A program made the position numbers and the translations under genes. A stretch of DNA of 64,000 bases from the human T2T-CHM13v2.0 reference genome, Homo sapiens. The stretch is taken from assembly GCF_009914755.1 (NCBI RefSeq), contig NC_060945.1; one strand, 5' to 3'. The notes beneath the pieces are model-generated. The model saw only the letters and a list, made by a program, of their open reading frames with translations, was not told the DNA's origin and searched no databases. Shown piece by piece: positions 27,268-41,700 of the stretch. Within the stretch, counting starts at the first letter, position 1, and each line of letters starts with the position of its first letter.

Positions 27268-28430
27268 TGTCCCAGTTACCAACTATTGCATGACAAATAA
27301 AAGCAAACTTAGTGCTGTAAAGAATGACTACTTTATTGTGTACCCAGATTCTGTAGGTCAAGAATTCAGTGTGCCAGCAGGAATGGCTTGTTTCTGATTC
27401 ATGGTATCTGGTGACTTAACAGGCAAGATTTCAATTGCTAGGAGTAACTGCAACCTAGAATCATCTGGATACTTTTTCATATACATGTCTGACAAAACCA
27501 GATTGGGAGGATTCAAAGACCAGGCTCAGGTGGGGCTGTCAACTGAGGATCTACCCTGGCTCCTGTCACAATTCCATGTGATGTGAACCTCACTGAAGCA
27601 TGTCACATTACAATAGTTGGTCTTTCTATATGGAAGCTTAAGGCTCTACTGTGATCAGAATGTTTGTACCCCCTCATAATTCATATGCTGAAATTCTCAC
27701 CTTCAAGGTGATGGTTAGGATGTGGGCCTTTGGGAAACTGATGAGGTCATGAAAGAGGAGCCCTCATAAATGGGATTTGTGCCTCTTTTCCCCTTCCCCC
27801 ATGTAAGGATATAGCAACAGGGCACCATCTATGAAAAAAGAAACAGGCCCTCAACAGACAAAATCTGTTGGCATCTTGATTTTGGACTTTCCAGCCTCTA
27901 TAAACATGAGGAATACATTTCTGTTGTTTATAAGCTGCCCAGTTTATGTTATTTTGTTATAGAAGCCTGAATGGACTAAGACAGGCTTCTGAATGAAATG
28001 TTTCAATGAATACAGCAGAAGTTTCATGGCATTTTATGACATAGCTTAGGAAGTCAAATAGTATCTTCTGCTATATTTTATTGGTTATGACAGTCAATTC
28101 AAAGGAGAAGGATACATCCCTATGTCTTGCTGGAAGATTATCAAAGAATTTGTGGCCATGTTTTAAAATCACTAGAGTCGGCCTTCTGTTCACAAATGAT
28201 TTGCATTTCCTCCACATGCAAATTCACTTCTTTCCGAAACCCTCCCTCCTAAAGTCTCATTTCATTCCAGTATCATCAGGTTCAGACTCAAGGTTCAAAA
28301 TCTCAATCTCAATCAAGTCCAGGTGTCCATAATACTTCCCAGGTATAATTGCTCTTGATGCACAAAAAAAATGAAGTATCTTCCTCTCCTCACACCCAGC
28401 GTACAATGGTGAGAGAATCAAGGACAATGT
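27268..28430 (-). mobile_element. Old MLT1 (G/H-like) LTR plus adjacent internal sequence, interrupted by MLT1A
   Basis: 'aaacttagtg...attctgtaggtcaagaattc...ggaatggcttgtttctg...aatcatctgga'; LTR end near 28175 'aagaatttgtggccatgttttaaaatcac'. Confidence 0.65.
27647..27983 (+). mobile_element. MLT1A-like MaLR solo LTR (nested)
   Basis: 'gaatgtttgtaccc...aattcatatgctgaaa...gccctcataaatgggatt...gcctgaatggactaagaca'; TSD-like ggctc / ggctt. Confidence 0.88.
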
Positions 28431-29873
28431 AAAAGAAAAGACCTATCAGAATAATTGCATTTAATGTAAAGTTATTCAGTTATTTCTGCCATATGCAAAT
28501 TCCAATGATTATATTTTAATATGACCAATTTTGAAATGTAATTTTAAGTATTTCATACTTACAGATATCTACTCATCATCAGCATTGGCACATTATCAAT
28601 AAGATGTCATTATTTCAAAGTGGCAAAGGAAGATATTTTAAAACTGTATTCAATTTCCCAGAAACAAAAAGATGAAGACAAAAGCTAGATGATCAAACAG
28701 TTTTAAAAATATTGCCAATAGCTTAACAATATAAGACATGTGTGGAAGGGAAAACTTGCTGAAGCTTGAATTGTGTCTTCTGGGAAATAAAAGGGGCAAT
28801 GACTAATTGCCACAGGATATTGGCAATTGCAGATGCCAGGTTGTTTCACAAAAATAGGAAAAAAATAAAACTACCAATCTCAGATACTTTACTTCACAAA
28901 CTAAGAGCCAATTCCTTTGATCTTAAATATTATAATAATCACAATGTATCCCAAGGTAAAGAAAATAATACTATGCAGTGATCATGGAAGGATAAAAATA
29001 TTAGTAGGTATATGCTACGACACAAAGCCTTTGGTAGAAAACATTCTAATCTGGAAATCAATGACACAATGGCAAAATATTGCAATTCTGAGCAGGAAAT
29101 AAAGAAATGCTTTTTATTGTTCTTTAGTTCCAGAAATAATAACAATAGAAATAGGGTGATTATGTGGATTAAGTCAATCAAGATTTTTTTCTAGTCAGAT
29201 TGTATAAGTACTTGAACTATACAGAAATTAAAATACAAGGAAGACAAAACTTCATGGCCTGGAGTCTGTGAGAATCCTCTATTGACTCAAGTCTGGTGTT
29301 TGAATTAAACAAATCCCATCTGTTCCAGTTCTACTATCTTGAAGTCAATAAATTTTTATTCTAATATTTAAAGTTACAATATCAGACTCCATTTGATAAT
29401 ACCAGTATGTTTAAACTCTGGCCCATTTCCAACATTTTACATTACTCCATTGCTGTACTTACAACATCTGACTTGAGTACAACTATCTGATTTGGCTTGG
29501 TGTATATTTCACTGGTGTACTCACCTGCTCCCTTGATGATTCTAATAACACGGTCTCCAAAGAATGGACAGAAATTCCTGGAGAAAACAGTGTGCTCCTA
29601 AAAATTAAGTAGAATTTTCTTCCGGGTATTGCCCTGGCAAAAGGAGGTAAGAGAGGGGATTCCCTGACAGTGTACAGGAATTTCCACTGCATTTCCTCAG
29701 AAGTGCAGGGAAATCAGAAACTTCTAACAGTCATTCAAGAGTAGAGATAATTAAGGGGAATATAATAATTTACCAATTTTAAAAAGAGACATATTATATG
29801 GTTCATAGGACCTAGTAGTAATCAAGTTTAAAAAATCAGTACATAAATAACTTGAATATATCTACTTATATGT

Positions 29874-29900
29874 TATCTATCTATCTATCTATCTATCTAT
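29874..29900. repeat. (TATC)n microsatellite
   Basis: Read directly. Confidence 0.9.
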
Positions 29901-31425
29901 GTAAACTTTATAATACCAGAGAACAGAAACTGATTTGTTTTTTATTAGTTTGTTTTCCCCCCGGAAACATTAATGGCATTGGAATGTACTCTGGTTTAGG
30001 CAACTAAGATGTTTCTGAAAAGGAATTGCTTAAATGAAATTACAGTAAATTATTTATTAAAGAGAAATTTAAAACAAGTTATATTCTATAAGTAAATAAT
30101 TCAGGTCTCATATGATGGTTTTAAAACAATATTTGGTTTTGTGTCTTAGGTTTTCTGGTAGTAAAACAATTTGATTAGATAGACGATAGACAGGTAGTTA
30201 TCATTAAACAGCACAGTATTTCAAATAAAGTTCCCCACAGTGAATATTAGCAGATTTTACCATATTATAAATTTTTCAAACATAATTATATGAACATTAA
30301 AACTAAAGATTATAAAGTGACAAGTATTGTAGTTCATGAAATTCTTTCCAGAACATGCCTGACTAGACAATAAGCACACACACTAAATATTCACTGTTGT
30401 AACTTAAGATGATAGCTTGTACACAAAAACATTGAAGAGTTTTGAGATAATTTTGAAAATACCTAAATAAGCAATATTTACATATTATGGCTCAGGGAAT
30501 AGATATTAACAAAAATTATCCTCTCTCAGGCCACTGTCTAGACCACAGGAAACCTGGTCAACAACATATGGGATGTCACCAGATTCAGACTCAGAAGTTT
30601 CCATAATGCCGTTGCCAACAGCTAGACACAGTGAGTCATGGGGGCCCCAGTAACCAAACTCTCATCACACACAGGCTGTTTAGATAGTGATGGAACTAAC
30701 ATGAAATAAAATCAGGCCAAATAACATCTTAAGGTTCTAAAGAAATATTTTAGATTCAACAGATCTTCTAAATTCAGCAGTATCCAGAAAGTTTTGCCAG
30801 AGCAAGAGAAGTATAATAAATTAGAAACAAGTTACTTTCCGCAACTCAGGTTGCTTTGAAAAAGAAATTATTACAAGAAAAGGATTTAATCTAGACAGTT
30901 ACAGGTAGTCACATCCATGTCAATATTTATATCTCTGTCTATATAGTAAGCTTGATATCTGTGTACATCAGTGAATAATAGTACCTACCTCAAATGAAAT
31001 TAAATAAAAAACAAATGAGATACCACAATTGAAGTTGATTAGCATGTTAGTTGTGTAAACAGTCACATGTGAGCACAAGTGTGCACACACTACTTTTATT
31101 GGGTCCTTATATTTCTTGGAAAAAAATTACATTTATATTTACCAGAGGAGCAGAGTTATAAAACATAGCAATATGCTATTCCACATACAACAATAAGCAT
31201 GTCTTGGAAGGCAAGCTAGATCAAAAACTGACGTATAAGATGGAGTTTAGAAATCAACTGTAATTATATGTCTGGAAAATTCATGCACTTTAGGGAAATC
31301 TAGCTCCTGCCAGCTTTATTTGTATGCTGTGATTTATCTTAAAGTAACGTCATGCCTCATGCCAGTGACTGATTCAACACATAACATTCTACAAGTCACA
31401 GGAGTCCATTCAGGAAGGAACGATA

Positions 31426-31554
31426 TGTGACTCACTCACTATCATGAGAACAGCAAGAGGGAATAATCACCATAATCAGCACCTCCCACCAGACCCCTCC
31501 TCCAATTCCACATGGAGGAAGAATTTGGGCAGGGACATAAATCCAAACCATATC
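31426..31554 (-). mobile_element. MST/THE1 LTR 5' fragment
   Basis: 'actcactcactatcatgagaacagcaag...atttgggcagggacataaatccaaaccatatca'. Confidence 0.8.
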
Positions 31555-32614
31555 AACCGTGCTTTTACATAACCTACCTTTGTCACCCAGATTTTCAGTA
31601 AAACTTTCCCTCATTCATCACCAATGTGTTCAAGGCACTTCAGGGAGAAAAGTATTTCAATATATTATTTAGAAAGGGAAGAATAAGTTCAAAATACATG
31701 AACCTGATATGGATACTGGTCAGGAGAAAACAAACCCACTGGACAAACTTGGAAAGACAGGGGAGGTTTTTTGCACATGAGTGGGGACAATGTTTCATGA
31801 CTCGGATGAGCTGATGAGTTGGATGATGTTTCACAAGTTGGATGAGTAGGGAATAAACATAGCAGATCTAAGGAAACAGGAACACACTGCACATACAGTG
31901 TATGTGTAATTATGCACATACAGCAGCTGTAAAATGTAGTCTATCCAGTGGGAAATAAGATTCTTTAAATGTAAATATTCTCTAAAAGGCACGTTACTTA
32001 CCTGAAGTTTTTCTGATTTGAACATGTATGTTCTTAGTTGCAAGTATTGGTTGAGTCACATAGTTCATGTATAAGTGTATATAAGGGGTGTGAAATGGGG
32101 ATATAATAAACATAAGAAATGTATATAAATACTCTTCTCTATATGATAAAACTAAACATATTCCAATATACAATTCTTATGTACATCTAATATGGAAACA
32201 GTACAACAAAGATAATATAATATAGTCCACTCACTACTCACCAAAGAGATGGTGAGAATCCTAATCTAGAAGAACCAATAGAAAAATAATAGTGCGTTAT
32301 GCTCATCTTCTCTTTTTCGTATTATGTCCTCTGCTAATTCTTAAACTTTATAGCACTATCATTACATGTAATCTGCACATTTTATAGTTTTTACTATAAC
32401 TTACAGTTTGATTTTAGAGTTGAAAGGCACATAAATCATTTTAAGTAGAGTATTTACACAGATTTTATTTCTACCTACTATGAAGTGCAAAATGCCAATA
32501 GCATACTTTCCTGACTAACCGGGGGTAGCTTTTCTTTTATTCTTTGTCCCTGGAAATCACTCAGACACTGGTGTTCCATGAAGTACCTAGTTAGGGAGTG
32601 TACCTAGTTAGGGA

Positions 32615-32898
32615 CTGTTCTCATGCTGCTAATAAAGATATAATTGAGAATGGGAAATTTATAAAGAAAAAGAGGTTTAATGGACTCACAGTTTCACATG
32701 GCTGAGGTGGCCTCAATCATGGCGGAAAATGAAGGAGGAGCAAAGGCACATCTTACATGGCAGCAAAGAGAGCATGTGCAAGGGAATTTCCCTTTATAAA
32801 ATCATCAGATCTCATGAGACTTAATCACTATCACAAGAACAGCATGGGAAAAACCTCCCCATGATTCAATTACCTCCTACTGGGTCCCTCCTACAACA
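32615..32898 (-). mobile_element. THE1 LTR lacking both termini
   Basis: 'ctgttctcatgctgctaataaaga...gaggtttaatggactcacagt...catcagatctcatgagac...gggtccctcc'. Confidence 0.88.
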
Positions 32899-34148
32899 GG
32901 TACCATCTTCAGTTAAAATACCTACATTAACCAGCCACATTCCCTCTGAACAAGGGCTTAAACTTAGAAAAATATGATGACAAGTAGGACTGCACTGCAA
33001 GCAAGAAAAATAAAATATGATTTCTAACTTTTCCATTCCTTCGTGTTGGAAATAAAAAAATAATAAATCATTGTTACTGATGCCAGATTTTGTGTAAAGA
33101 GTTAATGCTTATGTGAATCAAAATAGATTTATAAACCTTTCAACACTGCAGCTTGGCCTTAGAACCTTTCCTCAGATACCTCCTTTTTTTTGTGAAAGCA
33201 GATGGCACACATATATGCAAATTAAAAATAGACTTTGGTTATAAAACAAAAAAATAAGATTCAACAAGCTCAACTTAAATTATTAGCTCAGCACAGGCGA
33301 GTCCAACAGTAGCTATCATTAAATTCAGACCGGCCCACCATTGTAAGAAAGACAGTAATAGTTATGCAGTATCTGCAAGGCATTTTGAATCCATTACATA
33401 AAAATGTGTGCTTGGAATACTATGCTATAGTAAGCATTATGAGACTATGCCCACTTTTACCCTGAGGAGTGTAATTAAGTGCAATGCTCAAATGAATGGT
33501 TTGCAGTGACATGTATTATCCTCCTAAGCTGGCTCAAAAGAAGCTCTGAGTCTGTGCTATAGCACTCACTTCTACCTATCTTTAACATGTATTATGTTCC
33601 CTTAAGCCTCTGGGAACGATTCAATGAAAATGTGTTGCTTGCCTCAGTTCACATTATCTTATGGCAGCCACAAACCTTAGACTATTTTTACACAGATTCT
33701 CAGTTTTCCTAGTTGAAATATAAGACTATTAAAATGAGAAGAAACTAATTGAATACAGCAGATCATTTTATGTAAGTGTTTGAAGCTGCCTCAATTTGAC
33801 TTCTGCACAGTTACTACTTTAAGGAGTAAGCTGAGAACATGAAATTGCATGTCTTCAAACAGTCTAATGACATCTATAATTCCATAATAGTTTGACCAAA
33901 ATCACTGCCGGATATATAGCACAAAATTAATCTCATACAATGAGGGTATGTTGACATTTTCAGGTCGACCTGGGCTAATGAACTTCTTGCATTATTTGAT
34001 GTGGAGTTTCCAATTGAATACGATAAATTTGGGGATGAAAATTGTTACTGAAACATCAAAGATATTCCTTTATAAAAGTGAACTCATATCAGACCTACTC
34101 AGAAACCCAGTTAATTTATAAGAATGTATAAATCCTACATAGGTGTTA

Positions 34149-34320
34149 AATGGAGACTAGGAAGGGTGGAGTGAGAGGAGAGTGAATGATAAGAAATTAC
34201 CTAAGGGGTACAATGTATGTTATTCAGGTAATGGATGCATTAAAGCCCTGATTTTACCACTATGCAATAATCCATAAATTAAAATTATACTTGTACCTCA
34301 TAAATTTATACAAAAAACAA
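34149..34320 (+). mobile_element. L1MA 3'-terminal fragment
   Basis: 'aatggagact...aaattacctaaggggtacaatgta...accactatgcaat...cataaatttatacaaaaaa'. Confidence 0.8.
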
Positions 34321-35199
34321 TGTTATAGGCCACGAGCAACATCAGTGAAATAAGTAACAATTTTAAATCCCAAGTTTTTTCAGCATTTCAACTAATATTT
34401 ATGGAGTTTGCAAATATTGTAATATATTTGTTTAAAAGTTTAGATTAATTTATATAAAAATATATCTTCTATGATAACATTTACTCTCTGAAGATTATGA
34501 GTTTAGGAAAGTAAAATATGGATAAGAACAACCATGTGATAAAAATCTGGACTATTAAAAAAATAAGAAAAAATTACAGTACCAAATCTATTTTTCTGGT
34601 ACAAATAACTTGATTATAATTTACTTCCAACACAGTAAAATAGTAATATAAGGGAAAGATGCTTTACTTTTGAAGTTCAGGCATCTTTATTTAAAGTTCA
34701 TTAAAATTTCTCATATGCTTCCAGAATGTATTATATTTACAAGTAACCTTGTGCCCAAACGTCTAGTTAAATATTGCTACTGTTTCACTATTTTTTTTCC
34801 TTGGGTTTTATTAAAATGACTGTCTTTATCGTTTTTCATAAATATGTGTAATCCTTTCCTGCTAGAGCATTATAGTGTTCATGCAGTTGAACTCAAATGG
34901 CAAGCTAGCTTTATACAATAAAGTGTGAATGGAAATGACAAGCTCGCCTTATTCCTGTGAATTGACACCTGCCATTGTTCCAGAGAGAGTACTCTATCTG
35001 TGTTCTTGAGTGGAGATGATGAAGATTAGAACTATACCTGAGTTGTGATGAACATGGAAAGTGATTTGGAGAGTTGCACTTTTCTTGGTATGAGCCAGTT
35101 ACTTGGACATCATGGGCAAATGATTTCTCTGTTCATTTTCTGTCATTTCCAACCCCAGCTGCTGTTTTCCAGATATTTCTCAAATTTTCTTGTCCTGCT

Positions 35200-35620
35200 G
35201 ATGTTATATTTTTTTTCCAGAAACCTGAGCCTGAGAATTTGCTTATGGATTGTATATGATGCCAGGAAATGGAATAGAGGACTGGGAAGAGTGAGAGAAG
35301 GAAGAGAAGCCAGGAGGAGAGTATGTTACGAGCTGTGAATAATTGGGACATGATTCCACTGAGCTCCTTTGAAGTATCTGAGAATTTGACTGCAGAATTG
35401 TGAACCTGAAAATCACAGAAAAGAGAATATTTATCTATTGAACCTTCTCTTCATCTTGCATTGGTCAAGAGTTGTCCTACGGGATATTAAGACACTTGCA
35501 CTTTCAAGTTTGCAGAAGTATGGGAACGAAAGCATCCAAAAAGCCCTGAGGCAGGAAGCAAGCTGAGACAAGGTGTTGGTGATGATGGTACACCTGGATG
35601 AAGCTAACTTCAGCAGCAAT
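35200..35620 (-). mobile_element. Old ERVL-type LTR (LTR16-like)
   Basis: 'ccagaaacctgagcctgaga...gaaggaagagaagcca...tatttatctattga...aaagccctgaggcag'. Confidence 0.5.
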
Positions 35621-35697
35621 AGTTGCTGAATGAATTTTTCATTTCATCTAAGTTGCCACATTCATCAGCATAAAATTGTTAATGATATTCTTTTAGA

Positions 35698-35872
35698 ACT
35701 TGGAGGGTGGTAGGAGAGAGAGGAGCAGAAAAAAATAACTATTGGATATGAGCCTTAATACCTGGGTTTTGACATAATCTGTACAACAAACCTCCATGAA
35801 ACAAGTTTACCTATATAACAAACCTTCACATGCACCCCCAAATCTAAAATAAAAGTTGAAGCAACAAAACAA
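35698..35872 (+). mobile_element. Older L1PA (PA13-16-like) 3'-terminal fragment
   Basis: 'ggagggtgg...gagaggagcagaaaaaaataacta...aatctgtacaacaaacc...gtttacctatataacaaacc'. Confidence 0.85.
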
Positions 35873-37156
35873 ACTAAGAATTTCTATTTCTTCTCTTGCA
35901 CGCCTGATATTGGCAATGTGTCTTCTCATCATATTTTTCTTGATCCAAGTTTGCAAGAGATAGTTTTGTCAACCTTTTCATATAATTCACTTTTTACTTT
36001 GTTAATTTCTTAAATTATATCTCCATTTTCTTTTTTATTTATGTATTCTTTTAGTATTCTTTCCTATGCCTTTTGGTTTGATTTCTTCTGTTTTCCTAAG
36101 CTGTGAATCAGGAAGATTCAATTATTTGCTTTCAGCAATTCTACTTCTATAGTATTATAAGAGTGATTATATATATAATAAGTTGATGTATAAAATAATA
36201 TTTAATATTTAAATAATGTATATATACAAAAGAATTATAGAGCTATTAATTCCATCTAAATGCTTTATTAGCTGTGTCTCACAAATTTTATGTCATGTTT
36301 CTATTAATATTCATTTTCAATTCCCCTCATGATTTCTTTTTTGATAAATGTGTTAATTAAAAGGGTGTTGTTTAATGTCCAAATATGTGAGACTTTTCTG
36401 ATTGTATTGTTTTATTTATTTTTGATTCAATCCCATCATGTTTAAATATTATTAGTACCAGTAAAATACTCTGTATAATTTCGATGTCTTAAAATTTATT
36501 GAACCTTTATGTGTCTTTATAGAGTCTACCCTGGTAAATCCGTTACTTGCACCTTGGAATAATATATACTCTGCCCTTGTTGACTGAGGTACTGTATGAA
36601 CATCAATGAAATCAAAATAGTTGATGATATTTAATGTATCATTTAGACCTTTAAAATGTTGGTGATTTTTCTTTAGTTGTTTTATCCATTGTTGAGAAAG
36701 AGGTACTAATGTCTTCAATTATAATTATCAAACTATCTCTACTTTTAATTCTGTCCATTTTTCCTTCATGCCACTGAAAGCTCTGATATATTGAATTCAT
36801 AGATGTTCATGGTGCTATGCCTTCCTGATGAGTAAACTGATATCATTGTGAAATTTCCCTTTTTATTTTTGGTAATAACTAATTTCTTGAAATGTTTCTT
36901 TAAAATGTAACTACTCCGATATTCTTATGCTTAAAGCTTGCATTAAAAATATTTTTCTATTCACTTACTTTCAACCTACATTTTTCTTTAAAATAAAACA
37001 TACTATTTTTAGATAGCAGAAAACTTGGTGTTGTTTTTCAATTCGTTCTGAAAATACGAATTTTACTTGGATTAATTCATTAACAATTAATGTAACTACT
37101 GATATGGTTATGTTGTGGGTGGTTTCCTATGTTTTCTGCTTTTTTCTCTGTCTTAA

Positions 37157-37480
<324 letters not shown>

Positions 37481-37723
37481 AGAAAAACATCCTTTTCATC
37501 TACTCAGATAGTTACCGATTCAGATTTTTTTTCCTCTATTTTGAGAATACATCTTTTCTGTGCTATCATTTTCTTTCAGCCTACAGAAATTCCCTTAACA
37601 TTTCTTGTAGTGCAAATATGCTGGTGATAATGTACCCTTAATTCTTTTATCTGACAATATTTATATTTCACCTTCATTATTGAAAGATGTTTTGCTGAGT
37701 ATAGAATTCTGGGTTGATAATTT

Positions 37724-37857
37724 GTGTGTGTGTATATATATACATATATATATGTAGCTTGTATATATATACATATTATATATATTAGAAGATAAAAATG
37801 TCTTACAGCATTGAAAAGCTATATGTATATATAGTTCAAAATGTATTTGAAATTAAG

Positions 37858-37897
<40 letters not shown>
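37724..37897. repeat. (TG)/(TA)n tracts with embedded templated segments
   Basis: Read directly; pure TA run at ~37864-37897. Confidence 0.9.
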
Positions 37898-37898
<1 letters not shown>

Positions 37899-39744
37899 CT
37901 TTTCAACACTGTAAGACGTTGTTTCTGTCTTCTGTTCGTAATGTTCTGGAGTAATGCATAAAAACATACATACACATCCTTGTGTATGCAATATCTGATT
38001 ATGCAGAATTCTGAGAAGTTCAAATATATATAGCTTTTCTACACTGTAATACATTGTTTCTATCTTCTCTTCACAAATTCGGGTAAGAAATTAGCTATTA
38101 ATTGGAATCTTGTCTCCTATATGTAACATGTTGATTTTATCTTGTCACTTTCAGGATATATACTTTATCTTTGGCTTTCAAATATTTGACAGCAATGCAC
38201 CTAACTTCGAGCTTATTTTCTTTTTTTTTTTCTACTTGATATCCATCAAGCATATTATATCTGCAAATGTATATCTATCATCAAACTTGGAAAATATAAA
38301 AGTTTCTTAAATAATTTTTTCTCAATTTTCTTTTTTCTACTATTATAATTACACATTTGTTGCACTGAGATCAAGATAATCAAACAAGCCCCTAAGTCTC
38401 TGTTCATCTTTTTAAATTTTTTTCTTACTGTTTTACATCTTATATAATTTTAGTTGATTTATCTTACTTTACTCTGTCATGCTTATTCAGTTATCAATTC
38501 CAATCTAGGAAAATTCCTTTACTTTAGAAATTTGATTTTTAGTTCTAGAAAAACTAATTAATTCCTTTTTATTGTTTATTTTTCCCCATTTGGCATACCT
38601 ATTGTGCCACAGAACCAATTTCCAGGATGAAGCAGAAAACCAGAAATATTTACAAAAGGAACTTTGAGAGAAAAAACAAAATGCATTTTTACAAAGGTGG
38701 TTATGTAATATTCATGGATATTTTTGCCATATATTTGGCTATCATAACTTAGGGCAACTTGAATGTATTAGTAAAATATTATGGAAATGCTATGGTACTT
38801 TTGTTACTAGGTAACATAGTTCACTAACATAAGTATTGTTAACTCTTGGAAAGTGGCCATGTTATGAGTGTATGCTCAATTATCTAATTTGTAAAGAATC
38901 TTAATTAAAAAGGAACTTAGGGGAGTGTTCCATAGATATTTTTAATGCCATCATGGGACTACTGAACTAATTTTACTGCTATCATAGTATTATGGAAAGG
39001 TACAGAATTGTAACTAGAAAAGGTAGAAAAGTGTTTATGTAAGTACTTAAGTGATGTTCACATAATGAAACCTCACATACATATTAGACATTAGCAACAG
39101 ATAAAGTATAGCAATATTTCATGTGTTTCTTAGAAAACAGTGACGTTAAGATTAGGTTGATATATACTTATTGTTAAATTGAAGGATTTTAACTATCAAA
39201 ATACCTTAATAATAAAAATAATATTGTGATTTGATTGTGTAAAAACATTTTTGGTCTTACGTTAGATAAACTGGTAATGTTCTGGAATAATGCATGAAAA
39301 CATACATACACATCCTTGTGTCTATACAGAACAGTGCGTACAAACAGCATTTTACCTGATAAGTGATCTCATTTTCCTCAACCTAGAAGTAAGCCACAAC
39401 ACTTCTGTGTAGCCTTCGTAGAATTGTCATAGGTTAAAGCTGCTGCACATTGATCACAGAAGGATATCTCAGATATGTATGCAGTATCTGATTATGCAGA
39501 ATTCTGAGAGGTTCAAAATATATTTGAAATACAGTATTTAGAAGGAGTGGGATTCTAAAGTGAACTTGTCCACGATTTCAGTTAAGACAGCAAAAATAAC
39601 ACAGTATAACCATACGTACAATAACACAATCATAGCTCAAAAACAAAAATGAGAGCCATAAAGATGAAAAGACAAAATCATTGTAGACAGGAAAGGCTAT
39701 TCTGTCAATCTAGTTCCCAATTCTTCTTCTTTTCTTTTCTTTTT

Positions 39745-39985
39745 AAAAAAATATTAAATTGACTAATAAAACATATACATTTATTATGTACAACATGTTG
39801 TTTTGAAATATATATATATAGTGAAATGGCTAAATTTAGCTAATTAATAAATGAATTACCTCACACACATTTTTGTGGTGAAAATATTTAAAATCTATTC
39901 TTTCAGCAATTTTCAAGAATATAATACATTATTATGAACTACAGTCACCATGTTGTACAATAGAAGTTTCTAATTATTTTCTACA
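39745..39985 (-). mobile_element. L1MA 3' end
   Basis: 'atttattatgtacaacatgttgttttgaaata...aaaatctattctttcagcaattttcaagaatataatacatt...cagtcaccatgttgtacaataga'. Confidence 0.85.
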
Positions 39986-41314
39986 AAATTTTATTTTTCT
40001 TTACATCATTGAGTTTTACTTTTATTTTCTTTATTTCACTCAACTTTTAAGGATTCCCTACTTTCCTTCTTTGATTTCTGGTCTACAATGCAATAAAGAA
40101 CATTTTCCCATTAGTACAAAATAAAGATAAATTATGATAATCATTATTATAATAATATATAAGTCAGGCTTCTTCTACAGCAAATAATTAAGATTCATCT
40201 TGACTAAATTAATACCCCATCACCAAAAAGTTTTGTTTGTGTTTGTTGGGGAAGCAGTTGATTGATTTCATTAACTTAGAGGATCAGAGAGTCAATTTCA
40301 GTTATAGCTCTTTCTAATAACTCAACTGATATCAGAAAATCCCTACTCAGCTCTCCATTTAAAAAAAAAATTTTTTTTGTTAAATTTTATTTTTGTACTA
40401 AAACTACCATGAGTTCAATATATTTGTTTTTCCTTTTTTCTTCAAGTTTCATTCAGCATAGGGAAGGTATCAGTACCCATCTCCAGACTTACAAAATAAC
40501 TGGTCTATGATCTTGGCAAGTCTTTCATCTGTCATTGGAAAATTCATGAAAAACTCTATTTAAACTTGCTTCTGTTACCTGCCTAATCTTCTAACATTTA
40601 TTGTGACCCTGGTCTCATCATACCCTGCCAAGGCTTCGGTCATGAGCTTAACCCTTATAGAAGGAGTGAGATACTGGACAGGTTCAACCCCACCAAAGGC
40701 ACATAGAAAGGATGTTCACAGGAAAGGTTTTCTCTGATACCAAAGGAGAGGATGCATGGGATAAAACAAGAGATTTCTACCCTAAATTATGATAATAAAA
40801 ATATATTCCCTTTTAAAAAATATAAATGAATCCTAAAACTAATGAAGTGAATCATATTTAAAGCAAAATGAAAAGATTGGATTTGCACGTTATTTAATGC
40901 TAAGAAAATTACTTTTTTATAAATATGTTCTATGTTCTTGGGTTCAGCATCGAGATGCCTTTGCTGAACAATACTTATTGGTGCCTTAAAGTCCATGAAA
41001 AGTTTTTAAACTTAGTTTCAAATTTTAGAATAAACCTTTCCTTACATTCTCTTTTTTCATTTTTTTAACATTTTAGTCCAAAATCAGATGGCCTTTTATA
41101 TGACAACATCTTCAACTGGCAAAAAAAAAATCATATTTTCATAAGTAGACAATTCAAATTATTCAAAGCAGTATTAATTTTATCTGACATCTTATGTTAG
41201 AAAATGTATTAGGATGAATTATAATGTGGTAGAAAGGAAAAAGTTGTCATAATATGCAACAGTATTTTTAATTGGACACTTACAAATGTTTTTAAAAATT
41301 ATATTAAAATGGAA

Positions 41315-41700
41315 TGTTAGAACAGGCTACATTAAGTTTCAGTAACAAATGACTTCCAAATCTCAGTATTGTAGTTCTATTATTTTTTTCACTTATATAA
41401 AGTGTTTGTTCAAGCCATTCTGCAGGGAAACTTTTCTTCATGGGTTGACTTAGCCTTTGACATTGCTTCAATCTTATAGAAACTGCATATTAATATGTAG
41501 TTTACCTATTGCCATTTTAGAGAAAGAGAGCACTAGAGAGTTCTAGCAATAAAATTATTATACTCACTTGTCATTTACTTACGTGTAATTAGCCAAGATA
41601 TTACACTCCCATACCTCCCTTGAAAGAGGTAAGGGTTCTATTCTAATATGACATAAAAGGTGAAGAAAACCAGACTTTTTAAAGCGGATTTGTGTGAGAA
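41315..41700 (-). mobile_element. Old MLT1-type LTR remnant
   Basis: 'cagtaacaaatgacttccaaatctcagt' resembles the antisense start of old MLT1 LTRs. Confidence 0.4.

Noticed and set aside
37938-38028. The joined copy of 39274-39321 and 39476-39522 as a spliced retrocopy
   Set aside because: The skipped segment is not bounded by GT-AG on either strand at the observed junction; the join uses TGT microhomology and there is no poly-A
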